Part shown: positions 38,201-50,533 of the stretch, one piece after another
How positions within the stretch are numbered: the stretch's first letter is position 1
Layout: every line of letters starts with the position of its first letter
NCBI GenBank assembly: GCA_001179505.1
Contig: CDMY01000382.1
Span: 27,524-91,523 of the forward strand
Reading direction: 5' to 3'
Source of the DNA: Vitrella brassicaformis CCMP3155
Lineage: Eukaryota > Protista > Chromerida
Length of the DNA stretch: 64,000 nt
The notes under the pieces: model-generated
The model's input: only the letters and a program-made list of their open reading frames with translations
What the model was told of the DNA's origin: nothing
Databases searched by the model: none
Position numbers and translations under genes: made by a program

Positions 38201-41200
38201 GCCCAAGAAGGGCGCGAGGCCGCCCACCATCGTCTACAATGGGCGCAAGATCGAGCACTCGGCGCCGATCGGTGCGACGACTGGCGCGTATGCGAGGGTG
38301 GATTTGAAGACCATCAAGAGCAGGATGGTCCTCAACTATCGCGAGGAGGTGGCCAGCCATGGCATGGGCGGCCTGTGGATTTACTGGCAGCCAGACAAGC
38401 TCCCCTACTGCAGGTAGGGTAGTGCAGAGAAAGAGAGAGCCAACATCGCAACACTAGGTCATGGGGCTCCTCTCTCTTCTTCCTTGTTTGTCCTCATCCA
38501 TCCAGGCTGATCAGTTGTTGGCGCAGTCCATTGGTTGGCGAGCCGCCCCTGTCCCACCCAGTCAGCGACCTCAAAGGCATGGTGGCCTTCCTGAAGCTGC
38601 AGTCCTCCCACGAGCCACACTGCGTCCTCCTGCCGTCCAAGCAAGACTACTCCCTGTCGCCGCAGCTGCAGGAGGACATTCAGGCGAAGGTGCTCGACTG
38701 GGTCGACAGCCACCTCAAGCCCTTCCTCCGAGGCGAGAGACAGTTGCCCCCACCACCCAAGAGGTCACATATGGCGGCGGCCAAGCGTGGCCAGCGGGCG
38801 CTGCCACTGATGGAGGGGAGGAGTCCTTCGCCTGAGGCGTCAGAGGGCGAGGATGAGGGCAAGGAGGGCGAGATGGTCAAGCAGACTTCTGAGGCACCGG
38901 CGGCAGCAGCTGCAGCGGCCGTTTCCAATGCTGGCGTGCCCAAGAGGAAGCCACGGGCGGCGGCCAAGCAGGGCCCCACCAAGGCCCAAGACCTCGCCCA
39001 GCGGAAGGCGGCTACGGTGGCAGCGGCCGGCACCGTCAGCCAAGGCGACAAGAGGGATGGTGCGGTTGTCCCTGCGGCCAAGAGTCGTGTGCGGCCTCAG
39101 CCCTTCGCAGCGGTCATGCAGATGAGCAAAGACATGCAAGACAACAAGGGACGCAGCGAGACAGAGAGCGCAGCAGCAGCAGCAGCAGCAGCGGCGGCCG
39201 GCCACATGGCTGAATCCGACGCAGCTGAGGAGGCTGCTGGATACCAGGTGTGCATCGTCAAGCGCCCACGAGAGGACAAAGAGGAGGGCCAGGGGGAGGG
39301 GGAGGGGGCGCCTGCAGCCGATGACACATCGCCAGCTCCTGAGCCTGTCAAGAAGTCGAAGCGTCGTCGGCTCATCCGGCCACCTCGGACACCCGACAGC
39401 TCCCCACTGGCACCATCAGTACAGCCGACCCCTCCTGCACCACACGAGGGCCAGCGCACGCCCGGTCAAGCCGTCACTTCACCACCAGCACCGGCAGCGC
39501 CACCAGAGGAGTCTGCGAAGGAAGCAGCAAGTGTCACCGGCGAAGACAATCGGCCACAACCTCCGTCGGCACTCGGCCCTCCGCCCGTTGGCCGTGCCGA
39601 CGAGGAGCGTCATTTGCGGCCTCCGCAAGTGACCGTTCCTGTGGGCGATGTGACGAATGGCGTCTCGCCGCCCGAGATCGGTTCCTTTGTGGAGAGCCCC
39701 ATGGGCGTCAAGGACCCCGCGCATCACGGCGAGGAGGACAATATCACACTGGCCGTGGCCGAGGCTGACAAGCACAATGGCGGGCCGCCACACGCAGCGG
39801 ACGCTGAACATGCGGGCTCTAGTAGTGGTGGCGGTGGCGCAGAGCCGATGGAGGCTGACATCCCGCAGGCTGCGTCAGAAGGGCCTCTCGGTGCAGCTGG
39901 CGAGGACAGCAGGCGGAGGGGCGGCCCTCGAGGGCGGCGGAGGGGGCGAGGCAGGAGGGATAGCATGCCACCCCAATCTCACCGTGACGACGGCACCGGT
40001 GCGATGCAAGTGGAGCAGCCACAACAAGCGTCATGTGACGCAGCTCACGACGAGCAGGAGAAGGCGGCGGACGAGGCAATGGCAGACAGACCACTGGGTG
40101 ATGGTGAGCCAGCCCAACCTGCCCAGTGCAGACAGGCGGCAATGGAGACAGGCGAGACGGCCGGAGAGCAACAAGCCGACAGCAACTTGCCAGATAATAA
40201 TGGCCCTTTGTCGGTAGACGTGTCTGCCGCCGTGCCCAGAGCAGAGGCCGAGTTGGCCGTGCCTCTTTTCCCCGAGGCACAGGACGAGCCCAAGAGGGGA
40301 CGGGGTTCACGGGGAAGAGGCAGACCCAGAGGACGGCCCAGGAAACGCGCAGGAGGGAGAGGCAGGGGACGGCGACACTCGGATGCCTCGGCAGACCAGA
40401 CAGAGCTCATCGAGGGCGACGCACCGACACCCCCGTCTGCGGCCCCCATGGCCGCTCTGACCAAGCCCTTGCCGGCTGATGCGCGTGTCAACGAGGAGTC
40501 TGAGGATGGAGTGTCCAAGGGATCACCCGTGGGCAGCGCTCGCGCCGCTGCGCAGCTGCGCATGACCTCTCCCCCACGGGCCTCTGCGGTCGGCACTGCG
40601 ACAAGGGACGAGCCGGACAGAGGCGGGGAAGCAGACGAGGCTGACGCAGCCAACGTGCCGCTACCTGCTCCCTCCCCGGACGCGCCGGTCGCTGAGGACG
40701 CCATGCTTCCTGTGCCGGATGACCGAGAGAGAGAGGAAATCGGTGCGCCCCAGCCTGAGCCCCCCGTCGCCTCTGAGGCGCCCTCTGCCGGTGCACCGGC
40801 AGAGGTTGAGTCGCAAGTGGATGCTTCACCCCCCGAGGCACACCCACCTCTTGCAGCCGCTGCAGCAGCTGTCTCTCAGGCCGCTCAGCCAGCTGTTCTT
40901 GACACCCCTGTCCCCCCGCCGGCGGCTCCCACGATGACGCCTTCCAGTCCACCGCCACCGGTCCAGCCGGCCCCCATTGCCGCTGCTGCTTCGGTGGCAG
41001 CGGAGCCACCACAACCATGCGATGAGCAGCAGCAGCAGCAGCAGGCAATAGTTGACGAGAAGTGGGCGAAGCAAGTGGATGAAGAGCAGCTTCCCCAAGC
41101 CGAAGCAACACCAGCACAAGCACAGCCGCCACCAGCTGCTGATGAGACCCCTCCGGCGATTGAGGCCGCTCTCACCCCCCGTCGGAGAGAGAGGAACAGG

Positions 41201-43063
41201 CCAAGGAGTCGCGCTCCTTCTGTGGTGCCTGAGGGTGCTGAGGTGATCGACCTAGAGGGGGACGATGAGGCGGCGCAACCACAGGCTCCTCCACGTGAGG
41301 CGCCACAACACCCACAAGGCACCTCTGGCCACGCGGAGAGTGCTAGTGCTGGAATGGTTGGAGAGGCGGAGATCGGCGAACCCTACCAGGAGGGTGCTGG
41401 TGGAAGTGAGGTGGCTGCTGCCGCTGCTGCTGCTGCTGCTGCTGGGGCAACGGCTCCGGTGGCGAGCGACATGCGTGGGCTTTCTTCCTTGGACATGCCG
41501 CCACCAGATCCGATCATTCGCCCGCAGGAGGGTCAGAGACGCCTCATCAACGAGATCGCTCAGGCCATCACCGCTGCTCCACCATCCGTCGCCCCGAGTC
41601 AGCCTCCCAGGCAGCCAGGGCCTGTCCCACCCGCTTTCGCTGGCTCCTCTGCTGCAGCAGCAGCAGCAGCAGCTGTCCGTCAGTCCATTCAGCCAATCGT
41701 CCTCGACACCCCTGTGCCCCCATCGGCTGCGCCGATTATGGCGCCTCCCAGTCCACCGCCACTGTTCCGGCCGGGCCCCCCCGCTCCTGCCCCCCCTGCT
41801 GCCACTGCTGCTCCTGCTCCCGCCGGTGGTCGTCAAGCGTCGGACGCCATTGTTATTCAGGACGACGATGAGGAGACAGCCGGTGGTGGCGCGAAGCCGC
41901 CCCCACCTCCTCGCAGGGCTCGGAAGAGAAAGGCCACCGAGGCACCTTTGGCCGCTGCTGACCAGGAGGGACCTGGCCCTTCTCGTGCACGCCAGGGAGC
42001 TGATGGTGGTGGTGGCGGTGAAGCCGCTGCTGCCGCTGCGGCAGGGCGACCGTCGCCCTCGTCCGGTGGGATGAGCTGCGAGGAGCGTCGGCAGCTGTTG
42101 CGGCAGCAGTACTGCTACGAGCCGACGCCGCCCATCCCCCAGATACCGCCGCACCTCAACCCCGCACAGAGACGCGGCCACATCGACAGCATCACCTGCG
42201 GATCACACACCGTGGTCAGTCCGGCTGCTGCTTCGGCACTCGCCGCGTCGGCTCGGTCGGCAAGGGCAGCACCAGCGGCTTACTCGCACCCTTCACCAGC
42301 AAGTGGCAGCATCGGGCCCCCAGCACGCGCGTCGAGGGATGGCAGCAGGGGCAGCCCGGCACCACCACCTGGAGTCGTCTCACCCCACCCCAGCCGTGTG
42401 CCAACCAGACCACCGGCTCGCGTCTCACCCGGATCCCACTCTCAGGCCCCTCAGCAAGAGAGAGATCCGTTCGTCCCGGCTGCCTGGGCAGCGCTGCGGG
42501 ATCGATCCTACGGTTCAGCTCCTGGCCTGCGGTCGAGTATGGCTGTTCCTCCCGCCCCTGGCGGCACGAGTGGTGTGGGGCCGCTGCTGCCGCCAGCATT
42601 ATACGCTAGGACGGGGTCGGTCATGCAGTCGAGTAGGGAGCTCAGCCTGGGGCCGGTCACCATGTCCCAGATGGGCAGATACGCAACGCCCGCCGCCAGC
42701 GAAATGCACCCCCACCACCGCCGGCACCACCAGCACCCTGCGCGGCCAGCGACACGACCTCCGTCACAAGAGAGGAGTGCGTATCCGTATGCAGCCCAGC
42801 ATGCCATGCCCCAGCCGGCACCCTTGCAGCAGCAGCAACAGCAGCAGCATGCCTACCAGCCTCACACACTCCCCCAAGCGGCGAGACCCTTGGCGGCATA
42901 CGGGCAGCAGCAGCAGCACACGGGAGGGCAGATGCCGGCGTTTGTGAGGGCGTTTCAGGTGGCCAGCGTAAGGCCGGGCGGAGGGGGGGCTCTTGTTCCT
43001 CGCCTGTCGCGTCCCCCTGACTTGCTGCAGCCGTCATGGACGGGGGGCTCTAGTAGACAATAG
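35210..43063 (+). CDS. Very large MORC-like protein: N-terminal unknown domain, degenerate GHKL ATPase plus S5 fold, long disordered tail with AT-hook-like motifs
   Basis: Spliced core: VWLLGCVGELVDRAADAGARRVDI, VVRDDGAGM, LERFPGAFQRAIRCLSDSALVLSV, NGTSVMLYRL, SLQAYLEHLYI, GGLWIY...RLI; order and spacing follow the MORC ATPase/S5 motifs. Final exon is the 1510-aa ORF 38531-43063 containing RGRPRGRPRKR. Confidence 0.72.
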
Positions 43064-43496
43064 GTAGCACTTACAGGTGATGGAGTCAGTCATGATGGTT
43101 GGTGCTTTTAGAGGGAGGCAGGAGAGTCGGATGTCAGTTAGCTAACCAGACAAGAGCGGTATCGGTCAGTCAGTTAGTCAGTCAGTCAGTCACTTAACAC
43201 TTCACAGACAAGAGAAGTGGGAGGGCTCCGTGGATGCGATGCGTGGATGGGTGGTGTGTACATACATACGCCGTGTAGGCACGGCAGACAGAGATGAATG
43301 GCTGAGGGAGGGAGGGAGGAAGGGAGGAAGAGAGGGAGGGTTGGGGTCCTATTTATCCTGATGCGGCCATGCTGATGGCTCTGGGGGCATGTCTAGGTTG
43401 CCGCATTTGTCGTGCCGGTCTATCCACTGGTTAATGGCCATGGTGTGTGACGGCGTGACGCACTGAGGGCCATCTGGGGGGGTGTGGACGCACACT

Positions 43497-43796
43497 NNNN
43501 NNNNNNNNNNNNNNNNNNNNNNNNNNNNNNNNNNNNNNNNNNNNNNNNNNNNNNNNNNNNNNNNNNNNNNNNNNNNNNNNNNNNNNNNNNNNNNNNNNNN
43601 NNNNNNNNNNNNNNNNNNNNNNNNNNNNNNNNNNNNNNNNNNNNNNNNNNNNNNNNNNNNNNNNNNNNNNNNNNNNNNNNNNNNNNNNNNNNNNNNNNNN
43701 NNNNNNNNNNNNNNNNNNNNNNNNNNNNNNNNNNNNNNNNNNNNNNNNNNNNNNNNNNNNNNNNNNNNNNNNNNNNNNNNNNNNNNNNNNNNNNNN
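43497..43796. other. Assembly gap (300 N)
   Basis: Run of N. Confidence 0.99.
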
Positions 43797-44494
43797 GGGG
43801 GTGGGGGGGGGCATTTTTGGTTGCCAAACGCAGCAGTGAGCGGTGCTTGCTGCGATAGTGAAGTCAATGCCTAGCTATATGGCCGGCTGGTCGCCGTCTG
43901 TCTGTGTGTGTGGCCGTCTATCTATCTATCTATCTCTCTTTGTTCGTGTCGTGTGTGTACAGTGAGGCCCGCGATGCACCCGTCCTCTGCCGCCCATGCA
44001 GGTCAGGTGAGGTCAGGTCGGACAGTTCCGTCAAGACTCGCACTCGTGTGTGAGTGATCGTTCGTCGGTTGCGTCAGCCGCCAGATGTTTGCTGGCTCGT
44101 GTGGGTGAGGTGAGTGGAGGGTGTTCCTTCCCTCGTTCATGATGTTATGTGATGATGAGTGGACTCTTCCTCCTGTCTGCTGTCCCGCAATGCACTCACG
44201 AGTTAGTGCCTTGCCTTTCCTTCTCCTCATCACTCTCACTTGAAGAGGATCAGATGATTAAACGAGTTCATTCAATTTCACATTAATCAAGCGTTGGGGG
44301 GTGGGTCTGTCCACACGCAGGCAGCACGACTCACTCACATCGATCCACACATGCACTGACTGACCGCCAGATCGAAGGAAAACTGGCAGCAGCAGAGAAG
44401 GGACCACGAGCACTTGTCGAAAAGTCTGACCATGGTGGTAGGTACTATAGTACTGAGTGCTGTTGACAGCAGCGGCAGCTAACCAGCCGCTTTT

Positions 44495-45875
44495 CTAGCG
44501 TTTGAAGCCGCTGTGTGGCTTGACCTCTGAGCGCGGCACTGGGCTGATCTTCCGGCCGTCCTGACACCACACACACACACACACACACAGGTGTCGTCAC
44601 ACACGTGTGGAAATGGCGGGTGTGGGGGCCCGTGTGTGTACCAGTGAGGTGCTCATGATCTCCTCGACGTTCTTCTTGAGCGTCTCACGCTCATCTGAAC
44701 AAACACAATGAACCAATACACCCGCACATGGTAATGGCTGTGACACAAGACAGCTCTTCTGCTGTCCGCCTGTCTGCCGACCAGTCCCTGCCCACCCACC
44801 GTTGTCCGCTTTCGCAAACCAGAGCTCGATCCTCACGGTGGCGCTCTGCGGACTCCGGCCCGTGTTCACCTTGTCCACCTGCACACACACACACCACACA
44901 CACACACACACACCAATGACACACACACACACACACACCAATGACACACACACACACACACACAGCAAGGCATGCATTCACCGCACATATAAGATGTCTG
45001 TCTGCCTGGGTGACATACATACGTACCAGTCTGAGTCCGGTGATGATGTCGTATGGTTCGACTGTCTTGCCGATGACGCCCAGCACGAGGTTGTTCCAGT
45101 ACTCGTCCATCTGACCGGGGGACGCCACGTCCTTGGGCTTGATCTGAAACTGCACACACACACACACCACAACACCCACCCACCAGATCAACGGTCAATC
45201 CGTCGATCGGTCGGTCGTTTGTTTGCTGGGTCGGTCTCGCTGACCTGCAGGTGGCCTCCGTCTGCGTTCTTGGGGTCCTCCCATGTTGGCTTGATGTTCT
45301 CTCTGCACCACACGCACACACACACACACGCGGATAATGCCTCGTGATCTTGTCCATCGAAGGCTGTGTGTCTGGCTAACTGACTTGAAGATCATGATGC
45401 CATCTACGTAAGAGGTCGACCCGTCCTTGTTCTCCCGAACCATCCTGTTCCCACCACAGACAGCGAGTGATGTGAGCCCGAGCTGACGCCGTGTGGTGTG
45501 CACGTGCCGGTTGTGTACCATACCTACCTCCTGCTGTCGAGAAGGATGGACGGCTGTGGAATGAAGTCCCAAAACCTCCAAAAATCCTGCAGGACGATGC
45601 ACACCGGCATCCATCAGGAGAACAACATGGGCGTCTTCCACGGATGCTTATGAATGCGTTCGTACCTTGATGGTGCTGAAGTTGGCGAACTTATGTGTCT
45701 GTTCGTCATAGTTTTTGTTGTCGACGCCGCCCGATGTGCCTGGCTGGATCTGCTCCCAGATGGACCATGTGTCTGCCAGCGGCAGATCCTCGGGCACGCC
45801 GTCCTCGTCTGCGGCGCCGAACTCGGCTCGTGAGTAATCCTTGTTGAAGGACAGATACACCCTGCCGTCACCCAT
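44495..45875 (-). CDS. EIF4E: Cap-binding translation initiation factor eIF4E (alveolate eIF4E-1-like), multi-exon
   Basis: LADTWSIWEQ, FANFSTIK|DFWRFWDFIPQPS, IKPTWEDPKNADGGH, EYWNNLVLGVIG, ITGLRLVDK, RIELW; stop at 44495. Confidence 0.93.
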
Positions 45876-45947
45876 CCTGATTGAAATGCACTCAGATTTG
45901 CGAAGCTCGCAAGGGTGAAGGGTTTAGAACCCTACTTCTGAAGCACA

Positions 45948-48124
45948 ATGCTTTTGCGCAGGTCCGGCTTTGTGCGAGGCGGGCTGGCAGCGCTCCATGG
46001 CCCGCCTCTTATTCCAAGTCACAGCCTTCCGTTCGGTAAGACAATGCAGACAGGCAGTTGGCAGTTGGCAGGCAGGCAGGCAGCTGGCAGGCACACAGCC
46101 ATTTGGGTATGCACAGGTGTCGGAGCATCGTCTCCAGTGCTGTTGACAAGAGAGAGTCTCAAACAGACGGGCGTGCGGTGCTTCGCCTCGGGTAAGTGAA
46201 ATCTGCCGAAAAGCGATGTATAATGTTCTCTTGTTCTTGTGTGCGTGTTGCAGGCCCTGCTGCGGACACAAACACCGCCCAGCAGGTGAGATGACCACAT
46301 GAGAGATCCCAAAGTGCAAGCACGAGCACTTCTAGATCTGTGTGTCTGTGTGGTGCATGCATGTCACTTGTCAGGTCGGTTCGTATGCGGCCCATGTGTC
46401 TGCGGGCATCGCCAGCCGCGAGAGGACCACTCTGGCTGACAGCATCACTTCACTGAGAAGGAAGATCAAAGCACTGGATGCCAAACTCACCACAACCACT
46501 GCAGAGGTACATAGCGGAAGGGGTGCAACCATGGAACGACCAGGGAGAGCCGGGTGTGTATGTGTGTGTGTTGCATTGCAGATGGGTCAGATCCACGAGG
46601 CTTTGGGAGCCCTGCGAGACAGCGTCCAATCGCTCCACGCTCTCCGCGACAAACAGGTGGGCACGCATGAACAGAGGGGGGTGCATGTGGCCCCACACAC
46701 ACATGCACACACATATCGTGTGTCTTTCTCGCAGCCTGAGGACCATAGTGGGGCTCTTGACCAGCTGGAGACGACCGTCACTGCTCTCAAGCAGAAGGTG
46801 CAGGCCAACGATATGGACATCAAGCAGGTGAGGAGCAACATGCTGCCCGATACAAGACCATCAGTGTGTGTCTGTTGTTGCAGATGGGTCATAACCACGA
46901 GATGCAGATAGGTCAAATGCGTGAGGATCTCGACACTTTGAGAGACTGCATGTACTCTTCACTCGAAAAGCAGGTATGAGCACATCGACGCGCACATCCG
47001 CCACCACACAGACGCATCCCTTTCTCGCAGCCCGATGACCAGCGGGAGGTCCTCGAGCAGCTCAAGATGGCCGTCTCGGCTCTGCAGCTCAAGGTCCAAG
47101 AGAATGAGGCAGCCACCAAAGAGGTCAGCAAATGTCCTCGTCGCTGGCCGCTAAAGACACCGGAATACACCTCTTCTGTGTGCTTCCATGCCGGTTTGTC
47201 TGTCTGTCAGGAGCTGGCCACTGTGCAGCGGTTGAAGGGCATAGCAGCGTCGACGGAGAGGCTGCTCGACGATGCCTGGGTCTCTGGCTGTGTTGCCCTT
47301 TACAGTGCGGTTGTCTTGGGTATTGCCGGATTCTTGGGGCAGCTGAGTCAGAGCCAGAAGACCAAGGCGCCTACGCAAGGGGCCAGCAGTGGTTTCCGCC
47401 CGTCCGACGTTGCCTCGACAGCTCAGCTATTGGACCTACTCGCCCTGACAGGAAAGACAGTCAAGGAAATCAGACACCTCTACAAGTGTGTCGGTGGGGG
47501 GACTGGGCGTGAAAGGAGTGCACACTCTTTATTTACACACATCCATTCTCTCCCTGTGTGTGTATGGTATGTGTGAATCCTATCGATCGATCAGCTCGAC
47601 CGAGCACGGCTCTGAGTAATCAGAACGAATGACGTCACCTGTATGTCGCAACCACCCCGTGTGTGTGTGTGTGTGTGTGTCCAATCAGTTACTACACCTT
47701 CTTGCAGCGTGTCGAGAGCGCCAGCAACCTGCTGCTGCTCATCCGCAGCGGCCCCTTTGCATTTGCATACTTCATCGACGGCACCATCCCCTTCCCCCAT
47801 CCCGCCACACGCCTCACTGTCGGCCGCCCTCTGCGAGTCTTCTCTGTGAGCGGCCATGGCAAGAAACCTACGGAGTTCAGCGGCCAAGGGCCTGCAGAGG
47901 TGGTGCTGGTGGGAAAGAAGCTGCGTCAGGGGCACAGGATCAAGATCGACCACAAGGGCTTCCTTGCCCTCGGTGCTTTTGGAAGCCCTGACATCCGGGA
48001 GTGCTGCCAGCTCATCTACAGAGATAGCCTGCCCAAGGGGTACTGCAGTGCGATGTGCGGCGGGAAGCACTACTTCACGGCAGATGTGGTGGAGGCCTTC
48101 ACACTCGTGGAGCGGGGCAAGTGA
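45948..48124 (+). CDS. Coiled-coil plus C-terminal TLDc-like domain protein with probable mitochondrial presequence, multi-exon
   Basis: Phases join consistently from MLLRRSGFVRGGLAALH...VRCFAS through heptad exons and a hydrophobic segment (AWVSGCVALYSAVVLGIAGFLGQL) to HLYNSTEHGSDYYTFLQRVESASNLLLLIRSG..FAYFI...FTADVVEAF (TLDc-like). Confidence 0.65.
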
Positions 48125-48486
48125 AGTAGACTGACTGGATGGCATGGAATGGGGGGATATGAGTGTTGGTTCGTTTTTGTATTGTTCGGAGGGGAGGAGG
48201 CTGTGTGGTGTGGTGTGTGTGTATGTCCCCCGCCCCGCTTCCCCCCCTCATCTGTATGTATGTATTTGTTGTGTCAATGTATACATGTATTGTGTACGTA
48301 TGTCATGTATACTAGCCTGCCTGCCTGCATAGACTGCCGCACCAGACAGTGACCGATTTTCCGGGACCCATTTTCCCCTGGCTACACTCATCACATTCAA
48401 CCTTCGGTCGGACTCGGATGGACGGACATGCAGCCATCGAACACCCAGCAAGCCAAATACACACACACCGTCCATGCCCTTGCTCG

Positions 48487-50328
48487 TCACTCGTCATCCT
48501 CCTTGATCTTGAGCGGCATCACGCTGCACTCAGTGATGACCACAGCAGTGGTCGGCCTCTCGTTGGCACACGGCAGCTTCGCTATCCGACGCACCGTCCG
48601 CATCCCACTCACCACCCCTGGGTGCGTGGCCACCATACAAACGCACCCCAATCGTCAAATGCGTCTCTGTTCTGTCAGTGTGTGGTATTGTGTTCTGTCT
48701 CTCGAGCGTACTTCCGATAGCGACCGTCTTGCCGTCGAGGAATGACAGGTCTCTCAGCGTGATGTAGAACTGAGACCCGATGGTGTTGGAGTGGGGGCCG
48801 CGGTTGCACATGCCCTTGCATTCATTGAGACACACGCACAGAGAGAGACAGCCGTCGCGAGCGTCCTTTATTTGTATGTCTCGCTCGTGTCTCACAGGCC
48901 CACCAGGATGCCGGGCTGGCTGTGGTCGATGGCGTAGCTCTCCTCTGAATGAATGGGTCAGTGAGACAGGAGAAGCGTGATGGATCGATAGACGAGCCAG
49001 CTCATCACCCACCCCACTGACTGACCAGGCAGGTTGTCGCCCGAGGCACTCACGCTGTTGGCACCCGACCCGTCAACGATGTCTGCATCCCCCCGTGAGA
49101 CACATGCATGGCCCACACGTGCACTGCATTACACGTGTGTGTGTGTGTATGTGTGTGTGTGTGTGTGTGCATGCACCTCCCGACTGTATCCAGCCGTCTG
49201 GCAGGACTCTGTGCACAAGGCAGCCCTTGTAGCCACCTTTGACCCCCTGACCCTCAACCAACTTCAGGAAATTGTCACACATCCGAGGCAACACGTCAGT
49301 GAACAGCTGAGGAGGGGCATGGCAGGCAAGAAGAATAGCAAGACATGCATGTGTCTCTCTCTCTCTCTCTCTCTCCCTCTGTGTGTGTGTGTGTGTTGTG
49401 TGTGCCTCTGTGTGTCTGTGCCTCTGCCCACCTCAAAGACGACATTCTCTCCCGGCTCATCACCGATTTGGAAAGTAAAGGAGCAAAAGATGTGCTGCAT
49501 GCGACACATAAACACACACACACAGACACACACACACACACACACACATGACAAGCACAGACGACACGTCCCTCCTCGTTGGCATGGCATGCATGGCTGA
49601 CCTTTGTGTCCCGCATCGCGCGATCGAGCGCCTGTGTTGCCCTCTTGTGATACAGAGCATCCTGCCGAGACAGACCCGAGACACCACAAACAAAGATCGA
49701 TGCAGGCACACAGACCCGCACAAATAACGCCCTCTTAAGCTTTCCCCTGCTGACGTTTGTTCTGTCGACATAGCCGAATCGCTTCTCTGCCCAGCTGAAG
49801 AATCTGGGTGGAGAGGGGAAGTAGAGGGTGCGGAGGGGCTTTCTAGTCTCGCAATACACCAGGGGGATTTGGGGCTTCGCCGGATAGAACGCGTCGCCAT
49901 GCTTCTGCAGGCGCACACACACACATCCACACAGGGGTGGAGGGGCTGAAGGGCGCTGTGCCTGTCCTGACCTTCGTTATTCTCTTGACTTCATGCTCAA
50001 ATTGGCTCTCGAACAAACCTGACCATCATCGTTAGCTCATTCATGTGCACGACCAGGGCTCTTGAAGAGACCAAACCTGTGACGCAGCCATCGATTCGCT
50101 CAACAGTCGATGACAGGTGCTGCAGCCACACGAACAGTGTCATGGGGTGGACAGCACATGTGTGCAGTGATGTCCCACTGCTTGTGCGCCCATCTGCCCT
50201 TGTCAACACACCTCTGCTGCTGTCTTGATACGCTGGAAATCTGCGCTGCCGATCTTTCCCACCACGTGGATGGTGTACTGGGTGCGCGCCGACTCTCCTG
50301 TGCTCAACTCCTGTGGACTCAACTCCAT
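48487..50328 (-). CDS. PPIL6: Cyclophilin-type PPIase-like protein with N-terminal extension (PPIL6/radial-spoke-like), multi-exon
   Basis: LFTDVLPRMCDNFLKL, YKGCLVHRVLPDGWIQSGD, GMCNRGPHSN..GSQFYITL..LSFLDGKTVAIGRI..GM; N-terminal IHVVGKIGSADFQRIKTAAE resembles the PPIL6 extension. Confidence 0.8.
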
Positions 50329-50533
50329 CTTTTTGTTTCGGAAAGGGTGAGCCCCGGGGGCAGTGTGGGGGCTCAACTCACGCAGTCGGCACTGGCAGCG
50401 GTGTTTCCGCCTATCGAAAGAAGGTTTCTTGTCGACGGTTTCGTCATTGAAAAGCAACGTACCTCCGGTGCAAGTTAGTTGAACCGCTCACACCGCTGCA
50501 ACCTTGCAGTGCCACCGTCAACGTAACGTCATC

